Shown one piece after another: positions 40,220-48,917 of a DNA stretch of 64,000 nucleotides. The notes beneath the pieces are model-generated. The model searched no databases. It saw nothing but the letters and a program-made list of their open reading frames with translations, and was not told the origin of the DNA. A program made the position numbers and the translations under genes. Positions within the stretch are counted from its first letter, which is position 1. Each line of letters begins with the position of its first letter. Origin of the DNA: Saprospiraceae bacterium (GTDB lineage Bacteria > Bacteroidota > Bacteroidia > Chitinophagales > Saprospiraceae); the NCBI GenBank assembly GCA_025055285.1, contig JANWXM010000014.1, forward strand, positions 21,043 through 85,042. The letters run 5' to 3'.

Positions 40220-40999
40220 ATGCAAAAGAAAGTCTTTTTCGCCTCAGATTTTCACCTTGGAATTGACGGACATATCCCTGCGCGCGAACGCGAACAGCAG
40301 ATCGTGCGTTGGCTCGACAAAGTAGCACCTGAGGCCGAAGCCATCTACCTCGTAGGAGATTTATTCGAATTTTGGTTTGAGTATCGCACCGTTGTGCCTA
40401 AAGGCTTTGTGCGTTTTTTGGGCAGGGTGGCCGAATTGCGCGATAAGGGTGTGCATCTCCACGTTTTCACAGGCAATCACGACCTCTGGATGTTTGGCTA
40501 CTTCGAACAAGAGTTGGGAGTAAAAGTGTACCACCAGCCTCTTCAAGTCTCTATAGGCGACAAACGCTTCTTCATCGCTCATGGCGATGGGCTAGGGCCC
40601 AACGACCACGGTTATAAGATCCTAAAAAAAGTCTTTCGCCATCCGTTCAATCAGCAGCTGTTCCGTTGGCTACACCCTGACTTGGGCACGCGTTTAGCCA
40701 AATACTTAGCTAAGCGCAGCCGTCAAGCTACGTCAGAAGAGGAAAGTCGGTGGCTGGGTGAGGAGCGCGAGTGGTTAATTCAGTATACATATCGCAAGAT
40801 AGATCAAGGCCTTGAACCAGACTTCTTCGTCTTCGGTCATCGCCACTTACCCATTGATTGGCTTCTGAAAAACGGGCGGAGCCGCTATATCAACCTCGGC
40901 GAGTGGATGTATGCTTGCTCGTATGCTGAATTTGACGGCCGGCAAATGGTGTTGAAATTTTTCGAACGCGAAGGTCAAGTCATCCGAAATTGGTTCTAA
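40220..40999 (+). CDS. lpxH: UDP-2,3-diacylglucosamine diphosphatase
   Basis: Calcineurin-like phosphoesterase motifs FFASDFHLG, GDLFEFW, GNHD and GHRH. The ATG at 40220 is preferred over the listed TTG at 40148. Confidence 0.85.
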   Translation: MQKKVFFASDFHLGIDGHIPAREREQQIVRWLDKVAPEAEAIYLVGDLFEFWFEYRTVVPKGFVRFLGRVAELRDKGVHLHVFTGNHDLWMFGYFEQELGVKVYHQPLQVSIGDKRFFIAHGDGLGPNDHGYKILKKVFRHPFNQQLFRWLHPDLGTRLAKYLAKRSRQATSEEESRWLGEEREWLIQYTYRKIDQGLEPDFFVFGHRHLPIDWLLKNGRSRYINLGEWMYACSYAEFDGRQMVLKFFEREGQVIRNWF

Positions 41000-41107
41000 G
41001 CTGCCCAAAGTGTTTAATTTTTTTTCGATAAATACACTTCGTATTTAAACAAAGCATCCAAGTAAACGTTAGACGTGCACTGTTCACCTTAGAAACAGCT
41101 TCGATTC

Positions 41108-41797
41108 ATGTCTGACTTTGCTTCCAACTTTTCTGCTACAGTCTTCGATGAGATGGGCGATTTGCATCTTTCTACTGCTGCTGAAACGCCCTTGCGCTCT
41201 GGAGCACTTGAGCTGAGCGATGAAGAAAAAATGAGGCGCATCTCGGCGCATTTTGCAGAAATCATGCAAATTCTGGGCCTTGACTTGAGCGATGACAGCC
41301 TGCGAGGAACGCCGCGGCGCGTCGCCAAAATGTACGTAAAGGAAATTTTTCGCGGCCTCAATCCGGCTAATAAGCCGCACATTACCACCTTCGAAAACAA
41401 GTACCGCTACCGCCGCATGTTGGTGGAGCGCAATATTCCAGTGCAAAGCACGTGTGAACACCATTTCCAACCCATCTTCGGCGTGGCTCATGTAGCATAT
41501 ATACCCAACGGGCGGGTTATCGGTCTGTCGAAGCTCAATCGAATCGTAGACTACTATGCACGCCGTCCTCAAGTACAAGAGCGGCTCACGATACAGATCG
41601 CCGAAGAACTTCGCCGTCTCCTACACACCGAAGACGTAGCCGTCTACATAGACGCTTGCCACATGTGCGTACAGGCGCGCGGTGTAGAACACGCCGGCAC
41701 AAGCACAGTGACTGCTGAATATTCGGGCAAATTTTTGAACGAGGAAACCAAGCGCGAATTTCTCATGGCCATACACGCTCGCAGGCCAGAGCAGTGA
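41108..41797 (+). CDS. folE: GTP cyclohydrolase I
   Basis: Motifs GTPRRVAKMY, CEHHFQPI and QERLT. Confidence 0.95.
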   Translation: MSDFASNFSATVFDEMGDLHLSTAAETPLRSGALELSDEEKMRRISAHFAEIMQILGLDLSDDSLRGTPRRVAKMYVKEIFRGLNPANKPHITTFENKYRYRRMLVERNIPVQSTCEHHFQPIFGVAHVAYIPNGRVIGLSKLNRIVDYYARRPQVQERLTIQIAEELRRLLHTEDVAVYIDACHMCVQARGVEHAGTSTVTAEYSGKFLNEETKREFLMAIHARRPEQ

Positions 41798-41931
41798 GTT
41801 CGTTCGGCAGAAAACATTCAGCCAACCTACACTTTTCGCAGTTGCGACTGCTAAAAGTAAGAAACAATTCCTGTTAGAGCATTCCTATGTCGAACGAACA
41901 TCTTCTCTGCGAAGCGACAAAGAGAGGCTAA

Positions 41932-42939
41932 CTATTCCGACGCCTTTGCAGCCGCGCGACGCAAACGATCGTTGATGGCACGGCCGAGACCAACAGCAGG
42001 GCATTCTTCTGCCCAAATCACATCTACATCACTAGCGCTATCCAACGAGCGCAAGGCAGAGAATAAATTCCGGGCAGCTTCTTTGAGGTCGCCCGTTTGC
42101 GAAAGAACAATGGATTGGTTGTGAGGAGGCAAAGATTTTCGAGGGTAAAAAAGGAGGAGTCCCACGCGCTGGCCTTCGGAGGCGGCCTTGGGCCAATCTT
42201 CTGCTGAAGGCCAGAGCAAAAGAGGTTTTCGCGGCGCGTAATGAGTGGTTAGCATACCGGGTGCAGTAGGTCGGCTACTAGAGTGCTTCTGCACCACAAT
42301 GCGCATATTGACCGATGTCTCAAGGGCTTCTATGGGTAGCCCGCCTAGCCGATAAACGATAAGGGAGCCGTTTTCTAGGCCTACAATTGTGCTCTCCATG
42401 CCCACGGCACACGGGCCACCATCCAAGATGTATGGAATTTTGCCCTGCAGTTGGTCATATACATGCTGAGGCGTAGTAGGGCTAATGTAGCCAAAAGGAT
42501 TGGCACTAGGGGCAGCTAGCGGAAACGGCAACCGCATAAGTAATTGACGCGTAAGCGAGTGGGCTGGTGCGCGAATCGCTACGCGAGGCAGCCCAGCGGT
42601 AACTAAGTCGGGAATGATGACTCTCTTGGTAAGAAGAATCGTTAAGGGCCCAGGCCAAAAGCGCACTGCAAGCTGGCGCAGCGGGTCGGGAAATTCCTCT
42701 ACAAGCGCTTCGGCGGCAGCAAAATCGAGCACATGCACAATAAGTGGATCAAAGGCCGGGCGATTCTTAGTCTCGAAAATGCGCGCTACAGCAACCGGAT
42801 CGAGAGCATTCGCCGCCAACCCATAAACGGTCTCTGTAGGTATAGCTACACATTGACCCAACTCGAGCCATCGCGCTGCCTGCTCTACATCAGTGCCTAT
42901 ATCAGTGCGAAACACGTCCTTTTTTGTCTCCGTACTCAA
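41932..42939 (-). CDS. tsaC: L-threonylcarbamoyladenylate synthase (Sua5/YwlC type with C-terminal Sua5 domain)
   Basis: IPTETVYGLAANA, SANPFG and a C-terminal domain of about 120 aa. The start codon is TTG at 42939. Confidence 0.9.
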   Translation of the reverse strand: MSTETKKDVFRTDIGTDVEQAARWLELGQCVAIPTETVYGLAANALDPVAVARIFETKNRPAFDPLIVHVLDFAAAEALVEEFPDPLRQLAVRFWPGPLTILLTKRVIIPDLVTAGLPRVAIRAPAHSLTRQLLMRLPFPLAAPSANPFGYISPTTPQHVYDQLQGKIPYILDGGPCAVGMESTIVGLENGSLIVYRLGGLPIEALETSVNMRIVVQKHSSSRPTAPGMLTTHYAPRKPLLLWPSAEDWPKAASEGQRVGLLLFYPRKSLPPHNQSIVLSQTGDLKEAARNLFSALRSLDSASDVDVIWAEECPAVGLGRAINDRLRRAAAKASE

Positions 42940-42942
42940 TAC

Positions 42943-43520
42943 TTCGTAAAGAAATTAGTCTATCCAATTTGGAAATGTTAAGACAAAAAAGGCAAAAGTC
43001 TAGGTTTGTGGTGTAAACATCAACCTAACAACTTCTGCCCATGAACATCGAAGCGCTCGTAAGCGCAATACTACAGCAAATGCCGAACGAGAACAAATGG
43101 CGACGCAATTTTTTCAGCACCACCTAGGCTTATTCCTGTCCCTTAATGGCCAGTACACCTAAATTTGAATTTTGAGCGCTATGGCCCCAAAAAAGGACCG
43201 AAGAGGACGGCCAAAAAATACGGCGACTGTTTTTCGACCCGAAATCCGGAAGCTCAGCAACTACCCTGCATCGCCTCAGCGGAAAGCCATCGTATTTACG
43301 CAGGCGTGGCTTATGTCAAGTCGCTCGACTGCCTGGTCAACGCCATTCTCAATGGCCGACGTTAAGACGCAGGATTTCAATAAACGGATGATCGACCGAA
43401 TTTTTGACGTGTTCGCTAAGTTCCCGAACCCTACAAAAAATCATCCCGAAATCCAAAGGCTGCATAATCTTGGAAAAATTATAGCCTGACTCTCTATGAA
43501 CTAACGAAAGAGCGATCGCT
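42943..43520 (+). mobile_element. Decayed IS-like element, copy A (DDE transposase pseudogene with internal deletion)
   Basis: Aligns by eye with 46182-47233 at roughly 80-85% identity but lacks the equivalent of ~46428-46901. The transposase N-terminus (MNIEALVSAILQQMPNENKWRRNFF, ATG at 43041) runs into a stop. The C-terminal part (ADVKTQDFNKRMIDRIFDVFAKFPNPTKNHPEIQRLHNLGKIIA) sits in another frame. Confidence 0.7.
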
Positions 43521-43575
43521 GTGAATTTATGATTTCTGTCTTTGCGTGAACTGATGTCGCAGATGTCGCAGTGCT

Positions 43576-46143
43576 TTATTTTTTTACAAACCGATACAGC
43601 CGCATTCCTCGCTTGTCATAGATGCGCAGCATGTACATGCCCGGAGTTAATGAGGATATATCGAAGTTGAGTTGGTTTTCGAAAGTTTGCAGTAAGCGAC
43701 CATCGGAAGCGATGAGCTCTGCGTAAACATATCCGAGGAAATCACCGCTTACTACGATATAGCGATCAGCAGGATTAGGATATACCTGCGTGAATACATC
43801 GTGTATGATGTCATCAGCAGTTTGTACTTGTTTAAGTATTTCAATCGTGTGATTACCTGAGGGCAGGGTAAGATCATGTTGCAAGATACCGTTGGTGTCG
43901 GTAGCTACTGTAGCTACCACAATGTTATTTAGCCTGATTTCGTAGTTGTCAGGTTGCAAGTCGGCGGCCATGATATGCACAGTTCGGCTACCCTGGATAT
44001 CAGTGAGTATATGGTAGTCTTTATTTACTGCACCGTCGGCTGAGAAAAAGTATAACGTGTTTTCCCAGTCAGCACCGAGCGAGTGAGCGCTTTGCAATGC
44101 CAGTCCTGAAGGCTGAGCCTGCTGTGCAGCAGTTCCTGTTTTGATGGTATGCATGTAAACCACTTTACCATCGGCAGGCAATGATGCAGGGCGCACTTCT
44201 ATTCTCCAGCTGCCGGGTGTATAAAAATTCAGATCGGGTTGGTAAGTAGTAGGATAGTTTACACCGTTTACATAGTATTCGTAGCCGGCACCACCCACTT
44301 TTCGCGTTGTTGTTTGTGCAGGCAGCAATGTGCGTATAGCCACAGAGCCGTTACCGTTAACACCCGTGTAATCTCTTCCGTTATATGTAACAATATGTCC
44401 AGGTACCTGTGTGTTTATCACATTACCACTGATGACAGGTTCGTTGACGAAGTGTGCAATCCATTGAATATCGCGTTGAGCCGTGCCTATCCGAAGCAAA
44501 TGGACGTGATCAACGACCAGAATGTTGTCTGGTTTATGAAACAGCAATTTCCTGCGAAAGAAGTCTAACTTATTAGGATTATAGGATTGGTGCGCATCGG
44601 CTACATTGTATTGATAGTTTAACCCCGAACCATTAAGAATCCATTCGCCTCTCTTATTGATAGGGTTAAGTATATCGTTTATGTCAATCAAAGAATTGCT
44701 TTCTAGCTGACCTCCGTCATTGGAAATGGGTTGTGTACCGTAGATATAAAATGCTTCAGTGCTGTCGAAAACGCAAATGCTGTTGTGTGCGATGGTACGT
44801 GTATAGTAGTTTTTGAAGTGAGACGAGTTGTAGGCATCATAGTAACCGGCATCGATGAGAAGGGGTTTGTTTTTGAATACGATGAAAGAATTATTGTCCC
44901 TGTGTTCATGAGCAGCACGTTTTACAGGTGCGCAGAAAAAGCTCACCATGGTTGCATCTTGTTTCCATGAAGACCGTGACACTGCAAGTCCGACTTTATC
45001 TGAAAACCAATCGAGCGGAATAGCGGGTTGCTGAATAACAGGTGCTGTGTAATCTTTGTACAGCAGTTTGTAGAACAGAGGTACAGTCCAGGTGATATTG
45101 GCAGGCTGACTCCAGAATTGTGCAAGCCATACACTACGCGGGTCATTGTAGTGGCGCGCATGCAGACATATCACGATATCCGGGCCTGTATATTGCATTT
45201 CCCCATTGCCGATGTGAAGACATTTGTTGTCGGGTTGCAGGTAGTACAGATATTGATTGATGCTGGGAAGAATCCACGGCAGGTCGGCAAAGAAATTTTT
45301 GGTTGTGGCGATGCGCATATTTTCGAACAACTCGAACTGATCGGGATATCCCCACATGCTGTAAGCAACGCCCCAGTTCCATCCACCGTCGTCGTCGCGG
45401 AAATAAGACCAGCAGGGAATAAAGCCGTTGATGAACTTGTCGTATAGGTTCTGATACCATTGGGTCACTGTGGTTTGCTGAGCTGCTGTCAACCCGGAGG
45501 CTCCGTAAAGGGTGAGCACGTTTTGCATGTTCAGAATGCAGTTGCGCGTGTTGTGGCTCGAAACATAAACATTACCCGCTGGGGTGTATATGTACTCATT
45601 CATAAATACCGTACCGATGTCAAAAAGAACCTGCACCAGCTGCGCACGGAAAGCCGGATTCAGGTCATTGTAACACCAGTCGAGCACCCAATTACCCACT
45701 TCCATCAGATCTCGCAGGAAATATTCTTTGGTGTAATAATCAAGTGCTGACAGGTTGGTGTTGTAAAACGTATCTATGATGCTTTGTCCAATAAACTTGC
45801 AACGCTCGAGCTGGAGCGGATCACCGGCTATTTTGTAGATGAATACCGTCATCATGGCCTGTGTTCTGGCCCAGATATTGCCCCAGTTCCATGTCCATGT
45901 CGCAGGGTTGTTGCCTGCCAGATAAAGTTGAGGATCAGTAATCCAACCTTTTGTGTAGTTGTACACCAGATTGTTGAAATCGGTTTTGTAAGGTCCGGGC
46001 ACAGCAGCGTTTGCCTGCATCCAGGCTATGCGTGCCGAATCGGCGATGATACGCGGGCGGGTGGTTTTTATTATGGGATATTGAGCAAACCCATGAGCTA
46101 CCGTTACGATGAGAATGAACAAAGTGAGAAACTTTCTGAACAT
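43576..46143 (-). CDS. Heparinase II/III-like (polysaccharide lyase-like) protein with T9SS type A C-terminal sorting domain
   Basis: 855 aa with a signal peptide. HEHRDNNSFIVFKNKPLLIDAGYY ... IAHNSICV is typical of the heparinase II/III C-terminal domain. The C-terminal VYPNPADRYIVVSG...MYMLRIYD...YRFVKK is a Por secretion tail. Confidence 0.7.
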   Translation of the reverse strand: MFRKFLTLFILIVTVAHGFAQYPIIKTTRPRIIADSARIAWMQANAAVPGPYKTDFNNLVYNYTKGWITDPQLYLAGNNPATWTWNWGNIWARTQAMMTVFIYKIAGDPLQLERCKFIGQSIIDTFYNTNLSALDYYTKEYFLRDLMEVGNWVLDWCYNDLNPAFRAQLVQVLFDIGTVFMNEYIYTPAGNVYVSSHNTRNCILNMQNVLTLYGASGLTAAQQTTVTQWYQNLYDKFINGFIPCWSYFRDDDGGWNWGVAYSMWGYPDQFELFENMRIATTKNFFADLPWILPSINQYLYYLQPDNKCLHIGNGEMQYTGPDIVICLHARHYNDPRSVWLAQFWSQPANITWTVPLFYKLLYKDYTAPVIQQPAIPLDWFSDKVGLAVSRSSWKQDATMVSFFCAPVKRAAHEHRDNNSFIVFKNKPLLIDAGYYDAYNSSHFKNYYTRTIAHNSICVFDSTEAFYIYGTQPISNDGGQLESNSLIDINDILNPINKRGEWILNGSGLNYQYNVADAHQSYNPNKLDFFRRKLLFHKPDNILVVDHVHLLRIGTAQRDIQWIAHFVNEPVISGNVINTQVPGHIVTYNGRDYTGVNGNGSVAIRTLLPAQTTTRKVGGAGYEYYVNGVNYPTTYQPDLNFYTPGSWRIEVRPASLPADGKVVYMHTIKTGTAAQQAQPSGLALQSAHSLGADWENTLYFFSADGAVNKDYHILTDIQGSRTVHIMAADLQPDNYEIRLNNIVVATVATDTNGILQHDLTLPSGNHTIEILKQVQTADDIIHDVFTQVYPNPADRYIVVSGDFLGYVYAELIASDGRLLQTFENQLNFDISSLTPGMYMLRIYDKRGMRLYRFVKK

Positions 46144-46181
46144 GCCTGAAAAAGATTTGGCGAAAGATACACAAACAATAT

Positions 46182-47233
46182 TTCGTAAAGAAGTTAGCCT
46201 ACCTGATTTGAAAACACTAAAATAAAAAAGGGCAAAAGTTTGGGTTTGTGGTATAGAACATCAACCTAATACCTTCTGCCCGTGAGCGTCGAAACGCTTA
46301 CAAGTGCAATATTACAGCAAATGCCGAACGCAAACAAATGGCAACGCGATTTTTTTGACCACCACCTCAGCTCGTTTTTTGTCTCTTCGCCGCCGGTACA
46401 CCTACTTGAATGTTGAGTGCTGCGGCCAAAAGAACGGACTGACCTACCGCAACCACCACTAGTCGGCCTTTGATTTTCAGACGTTTAACCGGCTCTTGAT
46501 CGAGAAATGCACCGGCCATGCACGCCTGATTGCCTTCGACCCTTGTTACCCTCCCGAGCGTGGCAAGCGCATGCCCGACGTGGACCACTTTGGATCTGGC
46601 TGTGCAGAGAGGGCGCAGTGGAGTCTGGAAGAGTGCAGTTTTGCGGCGGTAGACGTACAGGCCAACCCAGCGGTGCACGATTTCGCTGCCCAAACCTCGC
46701 TGCAACAGGGCCAGAGGCTAATGGATTTTTATAGCCACCCGTTGAGGCAACAGGCGCCCAAAGTGCTCGAAATGAGCAAATACTTGGGAGTTGATACCTT
46801 CTTTTGCAAAAAATCCTTTGTGGACACGGCGCTTGAAAGCGGCCTTGAGGTCATTACCCGCCTGCGCGACGATGCGGTGCTGCATTCATTATGCGCCACT
46901 GCCCAAAGAGGAGGTCCGAGGAGGGCGGCCCAAGAAATGTGGCGACCGCTTTTCGGCCCGAAACCCAGATACTCAGCAACTGCCCTGCATCGCCTCAGAG
47001 AAAAGCCATCGTGCTTACGCAGGCGTGGCTTACGTCAAGTCGATCGACCGCCTGTTCAACAACGCCATTCTCAATGGCCGACGTTAAAACGCAGGATTTC
47101 AATGAACGAATGATTGAACGAATTTTTGACATATTCGCCAGGTTCCCGAACCTCACAAAAAATTATCCCGAAATCCAAACGCTGTACAATGTTGGAAAAA
47201 TCGCAGCCTAGTTCTTTACGGACTATCGTAAAG
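46182..47233 (+). mobile_element. Decayed IS-like element, copy B (frameshifted DDE transposase pseudogene)
   Basis: Same left end as copy A (TTCGTAAAGAA at 46182-46192). The coding sequence is split over at least three frames (ORFs 46496-47113, 46791-47087, 46891-47211). The right end TTCTTTACG (47212-47220) is the inverse of the left-end CGTAAAGAA, and a second CGTAAAG follows at 47227-47233. The family cannot be assigned by eye. Confidence 0.7.
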
Positions 47234-47648
47234 TAGTAGTTCCTTAGAAAAACTTTGTACATCCATCCACTCTTCCGATTTTAGCGCCTGAATTAAGCAG
47301 CGAAAAAGCCGTTGGCTCACCAAATTTACCGCTTCGACATTCATCCTTTCTATTGTATGAACGATGCCGATTGCTGCTAAGGGCAATCGGCAATTTTTTC
47401 ACTGACCAGCGTACTGAAGGAGCAGGTTGCTCCGGAAGTACTTTCATGCGCCTAGGCATTTTTACTTCGTGAAGCGCTTGTGCAAGGCCGTCGTTCATTT
47501 ACTGGACACCCTGTTTATTAAAATTCGCACCAGAAGAACTATATTCGGGTAAATAAAGTTTAATAGACTGTTTTTGAACTTTTCTTCGGAATGAGGCGGC
47601 GGATAGCGTATGCTTTTTCCGGCGCTATTTCTAGCTGACATAGTCACT

Positions 47649-48917
47649 ATGCTTGTCAAGGCTTATCGTCATTGGCGCGACGCTTTCTCTGGAATTCCAA
47701 CAGCCGTTTGGCTACTTGCCCTAGTCAGTTTAGTCAACCGCTGTGGCTCAATGGCCATAGTATTTCTGTCGCTGTACTTGACGAAACAATTGGGCTACGA
47801 TGTAGAGCAGGCAGGCTACGCTTTAGGTTGTTATGGCTTGGGAGCTTTGGTGGGCACCTGGCTAGGAGGCCGGTTGACAGACCGCCTAGGCTACTTCAGC
47901 GTCATGGTATGGTCATTGGTGCTGACGGGCATAGTGCTAACGATTTTTGTATGGTTGCGCAACTTTCCAGCAGTATGCGCTGCAGTATTCGCGTTAAGCT
48001 TAGTTTCGGACAGTTTTCGGCCCGCCAATTCTGTGGCTATTGCCCGCTATAGTGCACCAGAAGTGCGCACTCGCGCAGTATCGCTATATCGAATGTCCAT
48101 CAACATGGGTTGGACAGTAGCACCAGCGCTCGGCGGTCTGCTCGTTACCCTGGGCTGGGAATGGCTGTTCTGGATAGACGGATTAACGTGTTTTTTAGCA
48201 GCTGGGCTTCTTTTCTGGTTTTTTTCACCCAAATCCTCATTTGGCTTTACCGAGGTGGAGGCAACAACTACTTCGCAGTACACCTCGGGCAATACTACAA
48301 GCCCTTCTTCACCCTATCGGGACGGACCTTATTTAGCCTTTGCTTTTTTTACGCTTCTCAACGCTCTGGTTTTCATGCAGTTTGTATGGACCGTGCCGCT
48401 CTTCTTCAAAGAGGCCTATCACTGGAACGAACGCGTCATTGGGCTAATAATCTCTCTAAACGGCCTATTTGTATTTTTGGTAGAAATGCCAATGATCTAT
48501 CTAATTGAAGGGCGGCTATCGCGTTTGCAGTTTGTTCGGCGCGGGCTCTTGCTGTATACGGTATCGTTTGCTGTTTTTTTATTGCCGCTTAGCCCTACGT
48601 GGGCAGCATTGTTGTTCATCGTAGCCATCTCCTTTGGCGAAATACTAGTAATGCCGTTTAGCACCAACTTCGCCTATAGCTACGCTGCTAAGGGTAGTGC
48701 AGGGAGCTACCTGGCACTTTACAGCATCTCCTACTCAATAGCTAACATCGCCGCTCCACTTTTTAGCACACAAATTATCGCACGCTGGGGTTACTTTACC
48801 CTCTGGACGGTGGTGTGCATCCTCGCTTTAATGAGTCTGTTCGGTTTTTGGCTTTTGGAAAGGAAAACCGAGCCTCGCCCAAGGATAGATGTTCAGGCTT
48901 CAAAAGCGCGCTCTTAG
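47649..48917 (+). CDS. MFS transporter
   Basis: About 12 TM helices and a loop 2-3 motif GGRLTDRLG. The ATG at 47649 is preferred. Confidence 0.8.
   Translation: MLVKAYRHWRDAFSGIPTAVWLLALVSLVNRCGSMAIVFLSLYLTKQLGYDVEQAGYALGCYGLGALVGTWLGGRLTDRLGYFSVMVWSLVLTGIVLTIFVWLRNFPAVCAAVFALSLVSDSFRPANSVAIARYSAPEVRTRAVSLYRMSINMGWTVAPALGGLLVTLGWEWLFWIDGLTCFLAAGLLFWFFSPKSSFGFTEVEATTTSQYTSGNTTSPSSPYRDGPYLAFAFFTLLNALVFMQFVWTVPLFFKEAYHWNERVIGLIISLNGLFVFLVEMPMIYLIEGRLSRLQFVRRGLLLYTVSFAVFLLPLSPTWAALLFIVAISFGEILVMPFSTNFAYSYAAKGSAGSYLALYSISYSIANIAAPLFSTQIIARWGYFTLWTVVCILALMSLFGFWLLERKTEPRPRIDVQASKARS

Noticed and set aside
41084-41578. 164-aa ORF antisense to folE.
   Set aside because: folE on the + strand has perfect family motifs. 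The antisense translation shows no recognisable features.
47244-47498. 84-aa minus-strand ORF immediately to the right of IS copy B.
   Set aside because: It has no recognisable family and an odd basic composition. It may be a fragment of a gene disrupted by the IS, but I cannot support a call.
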